Positions 50,639-60,548 of a stretch of DNA of 64,000 bases are shown here, piece by piece. How positions within the stretch are numbered: position 1 is the stretch's first letter; each line of letters opens with the position of its first letter. This stretch comes from Holophagales bacterium (GTDB taxonomy: Bacteria > Acidobacteriota > Thermoanaerobaculia > Multivoradales > UBA5704), in assembly GCA_031390755.1 (NCBI GenBank), contig JANMTS010000168.1, positions 18,253 through 82,252 on the forward strand, given 5' to 3'. The notes below the pieces were generated by a model, which did no database searches, had not been told where the DNA came from, and saw only the letters and a list, made by a program, of their open reading frames with translations. A program made the translations under genes and the position numbers.

Positions 50639-51139
50639 TTGACTCAGGTGGCCAGCGTGGAAGTGCTGCTTGACGGCGGCACTCAGATGTCCGGACCGCT
50701 CAACACCTTGAAACAATTGCTGGCGGCGGTGCTGACGGGAGACCTTTCCCCCGGCTCCCACGCGGAGCGCTTGACGTTTGACCAGGACGGCACCGAGGTG
50801 GAGGCTCTGGAGCTCCCCGACGGCTTCAGATCTACGGTTGCCTGGCTCGCGGACCTGTGTGCCGCCTGGCACGAGACCTCCGAGGAGGTCGGCGATGGAG
50901 ATCCGGCTCGAATCCGCGGAATCGTCCTCCTGGACGAGATCGACCTCCACCTGCACCCCAGTCTGCAACGCTCTCTGGTGCCGCGGCTCCGCGCGGCTCT
51001 TCCCCAGGTGCAGTTCTTCGTCACGACCTTCCCTCTCACTGGAAGAACCCTGATGTCCGCGGCGCGCACTATTCCTTTCACGGCAGGGTCTGTGCCTACT
51101 GTCAATGTGCATTGCCGGCCAACGACCCCGGCGACGTAG
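50639..51139 (+). pseudogene. C-terminal fragment of an AAA_21/ABC-type ATPase (PtuA-like); the N-terminal P-loop half is missing
   Basis: GIVLLDEIDLHLHPSLQRSLVPRLRAALPQVQFFVTT is the Walker B/D-loop...TTHSP region of PtuA/GajA-type ATPases. No Walker A lies upstream: the frame is closed by TGA at 50564-50566. The expected HSP after VTT is absent and the tail looks non-native. Confidence 0.6.
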
Positions 51140-51882
51140 AGCACTTTCGCCCGAAAGCCATCTGCTGGTGGATGGCCTATGAGCTCGAGAACTACCTCCT
51201 GAGCTGTAGTCTCTGCAACAGGGTCTACAAGAAGGAGCTCTTTCCACTGCCGGACGGCGCGGCCCACTGCACGTACGAGAACCGGCAGGATCTCGACCGG
51301 CAGACGTTCCTGCTGCTCGATCCCGTCGGCGACCCGGTCGAGGACTGGTTGTTCTTCGATTTCGAGGATCCGATCTGCCCGGTCGTCGCGGCGGCCGGAG
51401 TGCCTGACGATCACCGGCTCCGTGTCGACACGACCATCTCGTTCTTCGGCCTCAACAAGCATGTCCGCCGTCAGCGGAGCCGGTACGAGACCGTAACCAA
51501 GGCGATGGAGCTGCTGAAGGCGGTTAAGACCGGGAGCGAGGACAAGAAAGCCGACCTGCAGAGGATGGCCAGCCGCTTCGAGCCTTTTGGTATTGCGGTT
51601 CGCCAGATGCTCTCCAGGCGCGCTCCTGATCTTCTCCCCGGACCCGAAGAGGAGGTTCTTGGGCTGCTGGCGGACATCTTCCTCGACCTGCGGGAGGCGA
51701 ACACGAAGCTCCAGGAAGATCCGAATAATCGGGAAAACCGACGGCTCCGTGACGAGAGCTATTGGGCCTTGGCGGTCCTATGGCGACACCCTCCGCCGCC
51801 GGTCTCCCCTGATCTCATTGAAGCTTGCCTTGACACCGAAGGAACGAAAGACGCTGTAAGCCGGTATTACGCTCAACTCTGA
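51025..51882 (+). pseudogene. HNH-nuclease-like protein (PtuB / TIGR02646-like) lacking its own start codon
   Basis: In the frame of ORF 50857..51882: CAYCQ..(13)..EHFRPK..(20)..CSLCNRVYK is the HNH pattern of the ATPase-associated TIGR02646 family. The only in-frame start (50857) lies deep inside the ATPase fragment. Confidence 0.55.
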
Positions 51883-52334
51883 TCTGTATTGCCCCCTGGT
51901 ATCGCTCCAAGACCGGGCGCGGGCTCGGCGGCCTGCACGGCCGGAGCCGCCAAGAGCAACGCGAGCAACATCGCGGATGCCGCAGTCGTCTTGCCCCGTC
52001 CCGCATAGCGCTGGGTGGCGTAGCCGACCACGATGCCCAGAAGGGCCCCGGGAAGAATGATCTCCAGGTAGTACTTGCCCTGCATATGGGCGACCCAGAA
52101 GGCGAGCGTCGCGCTGACTCCCAGACCGAAGGCGACCGTGAGAGGGATCGACTTCACCGACCGGGCGAAGATGCCGATGGCGAGTCCCGCCAGCAGCCCC
52201 TTGAAGGTGGAGCCGATGACGATGCCGACGATGTCGGGAGCCGTCTCGGGCGCCGAGACGAGCGCGGACAGGCCGTCGAAGATCCCGAGAAAGCCTCCCA
52301 GAAGCAGGCCGAAAAGCGGTTTGTTCACGTTCAT
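51873..52334 (-). CDS. Hypothetical small membrane protein (about 4 TM)
   Basis: Gly-rich hydrophobic helices. It is the last gene of the 54568-to-51873 minus-strand cluster. Confidence 0.55.
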   Translation of the reverse strand: MNVNKPLFGLLLGGFLGIFDGLSALVSAPETAPDIVGIVIGSTFKGLLAGLAIGIFARSVKSIPLTVAFGLGVSATLAFWVAHMQGKYYLEIILPGALLGIVVGYATQRYAGRGKTTAASAMLLALLLAAPAVQAAEPAPGLGAIPGGNTDQS

Positions 52335-52415
52335 CCTCCCTGGAGCAGGTTGGCGCCGGTTTCTTCCGGCACTTCCCTATCCAACGGCACGGCGGGTTTC
52401 TTTGAGCCTATCAGC

Positions 52416-53390
52416 TCACCTCCCGAGGACCAGGATCAACAACGCCCGCATGACCAGATAGGTCAGGACGATCAGGATCGGCGTGCGGTACCGGTGGATG
52501 AGACGGCCCGCCCGCTCCAGGAGGCTTTCCCGGTAGGCGGAGATTGGCAGGCCGTCGAGGTAACGCCCGAGATCCGCGGTCAACTCCCCGGCTCCGGAGT
52601 ATCGGTCTGCGGGCTCGGCGGCCGTGGCTTTCCGGTGGATCGCCGCCAGGCGCCGCGGGATCTCGTCTTCCCCGAGCAGGAAGCCGAGGACTCTGCCCAG
52701 TCCGTAGACGTCCGAGCGCTCGTCCACGCGGTCGATCTCTCCCCTTTCCTGCTCGGGCGCCATGTAACCGGGGGTTCCGACGACCGTGCCGGAAGCGGTC
52801 CCGGGGGTCTCCCCCTCCAGGGACGGAGGCGGGGAGGCGGAAGGGGCCGGGGCGTGAGGCCCGGCCTTCGCAACTCCCCAGTCCATCACCAGCACCTCGC
52901 CGAAGGGGCCGACCATGACGTTCGCCGGCTTGAGATCGCGATGGATGACGCCGTTCGCGTGGGCGAAGGTCACGGCCTCGCCGAGGCGCTGCACGATGCG
53001 GAGACGGTCGGGCAGGGAGAGACCGGCGGCGTGCTCGTCCAGGCGGCGCCCCTGGACCCGCTTCATCACGTACCAGGTGCGGCCGTCCGGCAGGGTACCG
53101 GCGTCGTGGACCGGCACGATGCCCGGATGCTCCAGCCGCGCCAGGATGCGGGCCTCCCGCAGCGTGCGCTCAGCAGCCCCGGCCTCCGCCTGGGAGGCCT
53201 GAACGACTTTCAGCGCCACCTCGCGGCCGAGGTTGCGGTCCCGGGCAAGGTAGACCGTCCCCATGCCGCCGCTGCCGAGGACGCCGAGGATCTCGTACGA
53301 GGTGCCGGCGAGATCCGGCTCCAAGGGGTCGGCCACACCTGCGGCCATCTCGCGGAGGTGATCCAGCGTGGCGTCCGAGAGGATTTTCAT
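52416..53390 (-). CDS. Ser/Thr protein kinase with C-terminal TM anchor
   Basis: Start MKILSD (53390). GSGGMGTVY..VALKV, HRDLKPANVM, DWGVA, APEQ. C-terminal TPILIVLTYLVMRALLILVL. Confidence 0.85.
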   Translation of the reverse strand: MKILSDATLDHLREMAAGVADPLEPDLAGTSYEILGVLGSGGMGTVYLARDRNLGREVALKVVQASQAEAGAAERTLREARILARLEHPGIVPVHDAGTLPDGRTWYVMKRVQGRRLDEHAAGLSLPDRLRIVQRLGEAVTFAHANGVIHRDLKPANVMVGPFGEVLVMDWGVAKAGPHAPAPSASPPPSLEGETPGTASGTVVGTPGYMAPEQERGEIDRVDERSDVYGLGRVLGFLLGEDEIPRRLAAIHRKATAAEPADRYSGAGELTADLGRYLDGLPISAYRESLLERAGRLIHRYRTPILIVLTYLVMRALLILVLGR

Positions 53391-53400
53391 GGCAAAGCGT

Positions 53401-54138
53401 TCATGGCAGATCGATCCCCAGAACGTCGCGCGCTTCGGCTCGCCACTCGGCGTCGCTGGCGGTGGCCTCGCGCAGCTCGTCCAGCACGAGCCGGCGGAAG
53501 TCGCGGCGGACCGCGAACAGGTCGTTCGTAATCTGCACGGCGGAGACGCCCAGCTCCTCCGCCATCCGGGCGTAGGTGGGACGCTCGGCCTCGGGGTCCA
53601 GATCGTAGCGCTCGAACAGCGTGAAGCGCACGGATCGGCCCGCCGCCTCGCAATGGAGCCGCAGACTCTCCACGGCGCGGGCAAACAGGGAGCGGATCCA
53701 CTCGCGGCGGAAATACTCCTCCGGGTTCAGCTCGGAGGTGGAAGCGAGCGCCACCTCGGACTCCGCCTCATCGAAATCGAGCCCGAAGGAGGGAACGCCG
53801 CCGCCGCGCTTGAGCCGCCGGGCGGCTTTGCGTTCGTTGGCCACGAAGCTGTCGAGGGTGAGGCGGAGGAACGTGCGGAAGCGAGCCCGGGCCGGCTCGT
53901 AACGGTCGAAGGTCCCCTTCTCCAGAGCGCGAGCGAAGAAGCCCTGCGTGAGATCCCGGGCCTCGTCTCCATCCGCCCGATGGTGGACCCGGAGATATTT
54001 GTAGGCCGGCTTCCAATACCCTTCGGCAAGCGCATCGAGCCCGCGGCGCCGGACCTCGGGGTCGGCGTCGCGGGCCGCCAGCAGCACGGACAGTCGGGTG
54101 CCGGGAAACCTGCCGGTCTTCGGGTCCATGGCCTCCAT
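53401..54138 (-). CDS. ECF-like sigma-70 family factor (kinase-associated type)
   Basis: Start MEAMDPK (54138). Sigma2-like YWKPAYKYLRV..EARDLTQGFFA..FRTFL and sigma4-like PTYARMAEELGVSAVQITNDLFAVRRDFR. The stop is 10 nt before the kinase start. Confidence 0.75.
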   Translation of the reverse strand: MEAMDPKTGRFPGTRLSVLLAARDADPEVRRRGLDALAEGYWKPAYKYLRVHHRADGDEARDLTQGFFARALEKGTFDRYEPARARFRTFLRLTLDSFVANERKAARRLKRGGGVPSFGLDFDEAESEVALASTSELNPEEYFRREWIRSLFARAVESLRLHCEAAGRSVRFTLFERYDLDPEAERPTYARMAEELGVSAVQITNDLFAVRRDFRRLVLDELREATASDAEWRAEARDVLGIDLP

Positions 54139-54175
54139 TCTACGAGGCCGGGAGAACCCAGGGGGCGCAAGAATG

Positions 54176-54568
54176 TCAGCCGAGAACGTAGGGGATCTGC
54201 TGAGACGCAACCGGCGTGAATCGCAGGAGCGTTCGAAAAGCCGCCCTATGCTCGGCTGGATCGGCCTCCGGGTTGATGTAGAGCTGAGCAATGAGATCCC
54301 GCCAGCGAAGCAGCTCCCGCCGGAGGGTTGGCCGACTTTGAACCTCGACGGTGAGATCGACGAGACGCAAGACACGCTCGTACGCCAGGTTTAGGTTCGA
54401 CCGGTTCTCCGGCTCCATCCATCGCGCAGCCCGATTCATTTCATTGCCGATCATCAAGATCTGCTGATCGAGACCGAAGGTGGCCCATCGCTCCGGCGAC
54501 AGTGATGCGTGCTGGCTCCTGCGTTGATCGACAACGACGATGTCAGGTGCGTTCTCATCCATAGGCAT
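54176..54568 (-). CDS. Hypothetical protein (130 aa)
   Basis: Start MPMDEN (54568), chosen so that it does not overlap the divergent gene. Visibly lower GC. No family recognised. Confidence 0.45.
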   Translation of the reverse strand: MPMDENAPDIVVVDQRRSQHASLSPERWATFGLDQQILMIGNEMNRAARWMEPENRSNLNLAYERVLRLVDLTVEVQSRPTLRRELLRWRDLIAQLYINPEADPAEHRAAFRTLLRFTPVASQQIPYVLG

Positions 54569-54638
54569 CCAGAGCCTAACAGGTTCACCAAGGCCCCAGA
54601 CCGGACCGAAATCAACCGAGGCGATAGAATCTCTGTCA

Positions 54639-57053
54639 ATGCGCCTGCCACGGATCACGACGCTCAGAACCTTCCTCTCCCTCCTTCTCCTCACCTGCGC
54701 TTCCGCCGGGGCGGCCATCTCCGTGGAGGGGACCGTGCTGGGGCCGGACGGTCAGGGTCTCGCCGGCGCAACGGTGGAGATCCGGCCGGTGCTCCGCGTT
54801 TACGACCAGAGCGTGCGGGAGATCGAAGGACGCGGCGCGCCCGAGCCGGCGTCTTTGACGGTCACGAGCCTGGGCGGCTGGTATGAGCTTCGGGTTCCCG
54901 GCCCGGGCGCCTGGGAGATTTCGGTGTCCGCGGAAGGGCTCGTCCCGATGAGCCTGCGCCCAACGGTTCTGATCGGCGGAGAGGTCGTGCGGCCTGCCCG
55001 GATGGAGAGAGGCTCCTGGATCTCGGTCCGGGTGGAGGACGCGGACGGAAAGCCGCTGAGCGGGGCGCGGGTGGCGGCGGCCCGGCCGGCCCGGCCGGCC
55101 CGGCCGGACATCGCGTGGGCTCCGACACGGCGGGCGGGCGTCACGGGGGCCGGAGGCACGCTCCGGCTCCTGCGGATGGACGGCGAGACGCTCCGGCTGA
55201 GCGCCATCGCTCCCGGCCATGCGATCGGCAGGGCGGACGGTACCGGCGACCAGCCTGTCGTCCTCCGCCTGGAGCGGGGCCGGGCCTCGCACTTCGAGCC
55301 CGTCGCCGGAGGCAAGCGCGTGCCGGGTGCCGTATTCCGCGACCGCGAGAGCGCTCTGCTGATCGGCCGGGCCGGCGCCGACGGAACGCTCGTCGCGGAC
55401 GCGCCGCTCCGGGCCTCCTGGGACATCCAGGTCGAAACCCCCGACGGCCGTCTCGCCGGCTTTCCGATTCCGCCGGTGCCCGAGACCGTGCGGGCGGGGA
55501 TGAAGATCCGGCGGCGGTTTCAGATCCCTCCCATCGCCGCGCTCACGGGCCGCGTGATCGATCTGGACACCGGCCGGCCGATCGCGGGCGCGGTGGTCTG
55601 GGCCGCGGCCGATCCCGCCGCGTTTCAGAAGACCGACGCCAGCGGCGTCTATCCCCTCTCCGCCTGGGCGGAGGACGTCCCGGGGCGCCTGACGGCCGCC
55701 GCCGTGAATCATGCCCATTCGGCGGTCGACTTCGTTCCCGGACCGAGCCGGAACCTTGCGGATTTTGCGCTGCGGCAGGCCGTGCCCCTGGTGGGAACCG
55801 TGGTCGGTTTGGATGGGCTGCCCATCGAGCAGGCCGAGGTCGAAGTCCGGCTGGTCCCATCCTCCGTGGACCGGAACCTGCTGAAATATCCGGACTATCT
55901 CGAGATGCTGTCGGCTGAACAGCTCATGACGGTGGATCTCGCCGAGGCGGCGGCGGGCCGCACCCGCACCTCCCCTGCAGGACGCTTCCGCTTCCCCCAG
56001 CTTCCTCCGCGATACACCTACGAGGTGATGGCCCGCCGTGCGGGACTGGCTCCCGCGCTGGCGAGAGTCGCGCCCGCCTTGGATGTCCTGAACGAGGGGG
56101 CCGAGGGAAGACCCGAGTTGCGCCTGCTGCTCGGCCCAGGCCGCGCCGCGCGGGGCCGGATCGTGGACGAGGCGGGCGAGCCCGTCGGCGGTGCCCAGGT
56201 GGAGCTGCTCCGCAACGGAGCTTCGATGCTGGCTTCGGACAACTCTCCCGACGACGGGCTCTATCTGGCGACCGCCGACGAAGAGGGCCACTTCGAGATC
56301 CGGGGGCTTCCGGAGGGGTGGTTCGATCTGCGGGCTCTCCGCCAGGGCTTCTATCCCCACGAGTTGAAGGCCGTGGAAGTGGCAGGAGACGTGGACTTCG
56401 GCGCGCTCGTCCTGAGCCGCGGAGAGCCCTTGAAGGGAAGAGTGACGGGACCGGACGGCCTGCCGGCCGAGGGCATCTCGGTCCGGGTGGCGGAGTTGCC
56501 GTTCAACCTGCGAAGCCGGGTCCTGGCCCCTCCCATCGGCACCACCGACGCGGAGGGCCGTTTCGAGCTCACGGGCGTCCGGGGCCTCGCGAATCTCGGA
56601 GTGTCCCTGGACATCTGCCGGCCCGGTTTCTCTCCCCTGCGGGTCGAGGTCGCTCCCGACTCTCCCCTACCCTTCGAGATCCAGCTATCGCCTCCGAGCC
56701 GGATCTTCGGTCGTGTCGTCGGGACGGATGGAAAGCCGGTACAGGGTGCGGTCGTGTCGGTCAGCCCCAACCCGCTTCCCTTCCCGGATTCCGTCTGCCC
56801 GGAGGGCGATGGCAGGACGGTCCTGACGGACGCCACAGGGCAATTCACTCTGGAGGGGCTTGAAGCCGGGCGCCATACCCTTCGTGTAGAGGCGCCCGGC
56901 TACCCACCGTCCGATCCATGGATCTGGCAGGTCGAAGCGGGATCGAGCGAGGTCATCCCCACCATCCATCTGAAGAGCAGGGTGATAGCCTCCTCGCGAA
57001 GGAGAGACGACCCATGCCAAAGCTTCCCAGCCTTGTTGTCCTCAGCGCCCTGA
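54639..57053 (+). CDS. Secreted protein made of multiple carboxypeptidase-regulatory-like (CarboxypepD_reg) domains
   Basis: Signal MRLPRITTLRTFLSLLLLTCASAGA. Repeated G(T/R)V.(G/D).DG.P..GA.V units occur. TAGAAT lies 8 nt upstream of the ATG and there is no SD. Confidence 0.75.
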   Translation: MRLPRITTLRTFLSLLLLTCASAGAAISVEGTVLGPDGQGLAGATVEIRPVLRVYDQSVREIEGRGAPEPASLTVTSLGGWYELRVPGPGAWEISVSAEGLVPMSLRPTVLIGGEVVRPARMERGSWISVRVEDADGKPLSGARVAAARPARPARPDIAWAPTRRAGVTGAGGTLRLLRMDGETLRLSAIAPGHAIGRADGTGDQPVVLRLERGRASHFEPVAGGKRVPGAVFRDRESALLIGRAGADGTLVADAPLRASWDIQVETPDGRLAGFPIPPVPETVRAGMKIRRRFQIPPIAALTGRVIDLDTGRPIAGAVVWAAADPAAFQKTDASGVYPLSAWAEDVPGRLTAAAVNHAHSAVDFVPGPSRNLADFALRQAVPLVGTVVGLDGLPIEQAEVEVRLVPSSVDRNLLKYPDYLEMLSAEQLMTVDLAEAAAGRTRTSPAGRFRFPQLPPRYTYEVMARRAGLAPALARVAPALDVLNEGAEGRPELRLLLGPGRAARGRIVDEAGEPVGGAQVELLRNGASMLASDNSPDDGLYLATADEEGHFEIRGLPEGWFDLRALRQGFYPHELKAVEVAGDVDFGALVLSRGEPLKGRVTGPDGLPAEGISVRVAELPFNLRSRVLAPPIGTTDAEGRFELTGVRGLANLGVSLDICRPGFSPLRVEVAPDSPLPFEIQLSPPSRIFGRVVGTDGKPVQGAVVSVSPNPLPFPDSVCPEGDGRTVLTDATGQFTLEGLEAGRHTLRVEAPGYPPSDPWIWQVEAGSSEVIPTIHLKSRVIASSRRRDDPCQSFPALLSSAP

Positions 57054-57787
57054 CCGCCCTTGCAGCGCTCCCTGCCGCAGCGCAGCCTCCGAGCGGCGGC
57101 CCGGCCGGCGGTCCGCCCAACGGCTGGTCGCTCGGCGTGGCCGTGATCAGCTCGCCCGAGCCCTATGTGGATGCGGACAACGACGTGCTCGTGGTGCCGG
57201 CGCTGTCGATCACCGCGGGGCGGTTCTCGTTCCGGGGGATCGGAGCGGCGTGGCGGCTCGGCGAGTGGGGGGACGTCAAGGCCGAGGCTCTGGTCCGCGC
57301 TCGACTCTCGGGCTTCGACGCGGACGACAGTCCGTTCCTGGAGGGGATGGAGGACCGCCGCAAGAGCGCGGATCTGGGAGTGGAGCTGACCTGGGAGCGG
57401 GAGCGCTTCGGGCTGCGGCTGACTCCGACCGTGGATGTGCTTGGACGCAGCGACGGCGCGGAGATGGCGCTCGAAGCGTTCGCGCCGCTGCGCTTCGGTC
57501 CGGTGCGCGTGGAGCCGCGCGTGGGCGTAACCTGGGCCAGCTCCGGCCTCACCGATTATTACTATGGGGTCCGGTCCGACGAAGCCCGGCCCGGCCGGCC
57601 CGAGTACCGTCCCGGGTCGACCCTGAACGGTACGGTCGGGGTCTTCGTCTTCAGCCCGATCCGCGGGCGCGTCCTCTTCCAGGGGTTTCTCCAGCTCGAA
57701 CGCCTCGGCCCGGAGATCGAGGACAGCCCGATCGTGAGCGACGCGACCGCGCTCACCGCGTTCGGTGCCGTCTCCTACCGGTTCTAG
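57014..57787 (+). CDS. MipA/OmpV family outer-membrane protein
   Basis: Signal MPKLPSLVVLSALTALAALPAAA. WSLGVAVISSPEPY, YYYGV and the terminal ..AVSYRF are typical of MipA beta-barrels. Confidence 0.8.
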   Translation: MPKLPSLVVLSALTALAALPAAAQPPSGGPAGGPPNGWSLGVAVISSPEPYVDADNDVLVVPALSITAGRFSFRGIGAAWRLGEWGDVKAEALVRARLSGFDADDSPFLEGMEDRRKSADLGVELTWERERFGLRLTPTVDVLGRSDGAEMALEAFAPLRFGPVRVEPRVGVTWASSGLTDYYYGVRSDEARPGRPEYRPGSTLNGTVGVFVFSPIRGRVLFQGFLQLERLGPEIEDSPIVSDATALTAFGAVSYRF

Positions 57788-57792
57788 CGGTT

Positions 57793-58824
57793 TTAGAGAC
57801 CTTGCGGCCGCTTGTAGACGGGCGCCAGGAAGATCGTCTCGATGTCCGGCCCGAGGACGGGGACGATGACCTCGATCTGCCAGTAGGTGGCTTCGTCCTC
57901 GGTCAGCTCCGTGCCCGGCTGGCCTGGAGGAATCTGAAACTCGAAGTCCAGGAGGTCCGAGGCGCCGCCGAGCGGAAACTCGCGGGTCTCCTTCCAGACC
58001 ACGAACGGCGCGAGCTGCCGTTGTGTGCTGGTGGAGCTGCCCTTTCCCGAGCTGATGAGCTCCCAGGTCTCCTGCACCCGGCGCAGGGTCACCTTGGCCG
58101 GCCCCTGCGCGGAGACGCTGCGGGAAAAGGCGACCCGCCCCTCCAGGGTGCCGCCGCAGAAGAACGGGATCTTCGGCCAGATCACCACGGGGTGGCGGAT
58201 GCGCAGCCACTGCAGAACCTTCTGGACCGAGTCGTAGAGGATCAGCAGGCCGAACAGATCGAGGACGCCGATGACGATCTTCGCGATCGGACCGGCTGCC
58301 CACGCCACGTTCATCATCGCGAGCAGCCCCAGGAACGCGAACCGTCCCAGGAGCATGCCGGCACCGCCGCCGGCATAGTCCGGCTTCATCCACTCCGTGC
58401 TCCAGGGGAAGTCCCAGGTCCACGGAGCCTTCGGATCTCCCTTGGGCCGCGCGGCGTTGCGGGCCGCGGCGAGGTTGATCCCGAAGAGGCGCAGGAAGAT
58501 CAGGAAGAAGACCGTGCCGAACGCCGTCATGGCGATGAAGAACGCCGGGTCTCCTTTGGCCTGCAACCCCTCCTTGTAGGGACCGACCATCCCCGCCACT
58601 CCGAAGAGGACCATCCCCAGTCCCATCAACAGAGGCACGACCAGGAAGCAGCCGCCGGCTCCGGCGGCCCGCAGGTTCGAAGTGAAACCGCGGCCGAAGA
58701 CCGAGCCCTCGCCGGGCAGGGGCACCGAGGCGCGGGTCGGCACGTGGAGCCGCTCCCTCACGGGACCGGACGGGGGTTCGACGGGCGGGTTGGAGGACGT
58801 GCCGGTGGACGAAGGGAGGGGCAT
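57793..58824 (-). CDS. Hypothetical polytopic membrane protein
   Basis: Full-length ORF with 4-5 hydrophobic helices. No family recognised. Confidence 0.55.
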   Translation of the reverse strand: MPLPSSTGTSSNPPVEPPSGPVRERLHVPTRASVPLPGEGSVFGRGFTSNLRAAGAGGCFLVVPLLMGLGMVLFGVAGMVGPYKEGLQAKGDPAFFIAMTAFGTVFFLIFLRLFGINLAAARNAARPKGDPKAPWTWDFPWSTEWMKPDYAGGGAGMLLGRFAFLGLLAMMNVAWAAGPIAKIVIGVLDLFGLLILYDSVQKVLQWLRIRHPVVIWPKIPFFCGGTLEGRVAFSRSVSAQGPAKVTLRRVQETWELISSGKGSSTSTQRQLAPFVVWKETREFPLGGASDLLDFEFQIPPGQPGTELTEDEATYWQIEVIVPVLGPDIETIFLAPVYKRPQGL

Positions 58825-58996
58825 GGCAGCCCGGATTCTATCCGCTCAAAAGACTTTGTCACGCCTGGCGGGGGTCGCGCACCCAGAGAAGTAGAGCAGT
58901 CCTGAAGTCCCTGATTTGATCCGGTCCTTCATCCAGCGGGTTCTTCCGACCCCTGGGTTCCGTCAGGGAAGGAGTGTCCTTCCCAGGAGGTTTTTC

Positions 58997-59593
58997 ATGA
59001 ATGTAGCGAAGGGTTTGCTGCGCGGCGCCATGGCTCTGGCCATTGCCGCGAGCGTCGTGGCGCCGCTCGGCGCGACGACGCTGGTCCGCGAGAGCCTTGA
59101 TGGGCTCGTGGCGGGAAACAGGGCGATCGTCGTCGGCGAGGTTCTGGAGGCCAACTCGTACTGGAATGAGGAGCATACGTTCATCCTCACCGATGTCCGA
59201 GTGGCGACCCGCGAAATTCTCAAGGGTGAAGTGAACCAGAGCGAGCTTACGGTCACGCTCATGGGCGGCCGTGTCGGCGACATCACCACGCTGATCGTCG
59301 GTGGTGCCGAGCTGATTCCGGGCAATTCGTACGTGCTGTTCCTCAATGAAGAGAACCTGCCGGGTGTCGAGCGGGCACTGACCGTCCGCGACCTGTGCCA
59401 GGGCGCTTTCGATGTGCGGATCGGCCGCGACGGCCTGCGCGCCGTCAGCCAGGCCAACCGTCACCCGCTGCTCCCCGACGCCCGCGGCTCGTTTGAGGCC
59501 GAGGGCGGAGTCGAGGGCTTCCCGATGACTTCGATGCTCCAGTCGATCCGCAACATGGCCGGCCGCGACGCCGCCCGCCGGGAGGTGAAGTAA
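58997..59593 (+). CDS. Hypothetical secreted protein
   Basis: ATG 58997 follows AGGAGG. Signal MNVAKGLLRGAMALAIAASVVAPLGA. The stop overlaps the next start (TAATG). Confidence 0.6.
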   Translation: MNVAKGLLRGAMALAIAASVVAPLGATTLVRESLDGLVAGNRAIVVGEVLEANSYWNEEHTFILTDVRVATREILKGEVNQSELTVTLMGGRVGDITTLIVGGAELIPGNSYVLFLNEENLPGVERALTVRDLCQGAFDVRIGRDGLRAVSQANRHPLLPDARGSFEAEGGVEGFPMTSMLQSIRNMAGRDAARREVK

Positions 59594-60228
59594 TGAACCG
59601 CAAGGCCCTTGCTCTCGCTCTCGTCGCCGCGGGGATGATCGCCTCGGCTCCGTCCCACGCCTACCGCATGATCCAGAACACCACGGTCGGCCGCGTCAGC
59701 GCGGGCGGCGCGGTGACGTGCAGCGCCTCCGGCGGGTTCGCCCACTGGAACAGCAAGAACATCTCCTGGCGCCTCAACACCGCCAACCAGGGCTCGGGCA
59801 AGACCACGGCCGTGACGAACGCCATGAACTCCTGGACGAACGTGACCAGCGCCGACCACGTGCTCACCTACGCCGGCACCACCAGCGCCGGCTGGTCCAC
59901 CGACGGCACCAACACGCTGCTCTGGGCCTCGGGCAACGGCTGCACCGGCAGCTGCCTCGCCCTCACCGCCCTGGTCCTCCAGTCCGGCCAGGTGATCGTC
60001 GAGACCGACGTCACCTTCAACAACACCGTCACCTGGACGACCAACGGCAACAACTACGACACCGAGGCCGTCACCGCGCATGAGCTCGGCCACGCCCTCG
60101 GCATCCACCACACCGAGCTGACCTCGACCCCACGGCCGACCATGTACGCCTCGTACTTCGGCTCGACGGGTCGCACGCTGGAGACGGACGACCGTTCCGC
60201 CCTTCAGTGCGCGGAGAGCCGTTACTAA
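59593..60228 (+). CDS. Matrixin (M10)-like zinc metalloprotease
   Basis: Signal peptide, zinc motif HELGHALGIHH, and a downstream Met-turn-like PTMY. Confidence 0.85.
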   Translation: MNRKALALALVAAGMIASAPSHAYRMIQNTTVGRVSAGGAVTCSASGGFAHWNSKNISWRLNTANQGSGKTTAVTNAMNSWTNVTSADHVLTYAGTTSAGWSTDGTNTLLWASGNGCTGSCLALTALVLQSGQVIVETDVTFNNTVTWTTNGNNYDTEAVTAHELGHALGIHHTELTSTPRPTMYASYFGSTGRTLETDDRSALQCAESRY

Positions 60229-60252
60229 AACGACTCTCTGTGCGTAGCACCT

Positions 60253-60295
60253 GGCGCGGGCAGTCCGATTGTGGGCTCCCGCGCCATTTCTTTTT
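60253..60295 (+). terminator. Rho-independent terminator
   Basis: GGCGCGGG (60253-60) ... CCCGCGCC (60278-85), followed by ATTTCTTTTT. Confidence 0.7.
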
Positions 60296-60454
60296 CAGCC
60301 CGAAACAGGGTGAGGACGCCCGCGTCCTGACTCGTGGACGTTTCGATCCCGAGCCCGAAAATGTGATCAATCGAATGGATCGGACGATCCGGCGAATTGA
60401 ACCGCGTTTCGCCTTCCGCTTCGCAAAGCCCCGTCCCGGCTGCGTTTCCCCGCC

Positions 60455-60469
60455 TGGCACCGGCGTTGC
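60455..60469 (+). promoter_or_regulatory. Sigma-54 (-24/-12) promoter candidate for 60549..
   Basis: TGGCAC-CGGCG-TTGC, 80 nt upstream of ATG 60549. Confidence 0.65.
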
Positions 60470-60548
60470 TCCTTCTTCCTGACAAACGACAAGGGAGCGG
60501 CTTCCCGGTGTCTTGCCGGGAGGACGCGTCCGATCAGGAGACAGAGTC

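Noticed and set aside
50312-50640. Retron-like ncRNA upstream of the PtuA-like fragment
   Set aside because: Only a short 8-bp stem and small direct repeats are present. There is no reverse transcriptase gene and no recognisable msr/msd architecture. The ATPase itself is truncated, so any upstream partner has been lost.
58866-58880. Sigma-54-like TGGCGGGGGTCGCGC upstream of 58997
   Set aside because: The GG-N10-GC spacing is correct, but the -12 element is GCGC rather than TTGC and the -24 flank is poor. It is too weak to call in GC-rich DNA.
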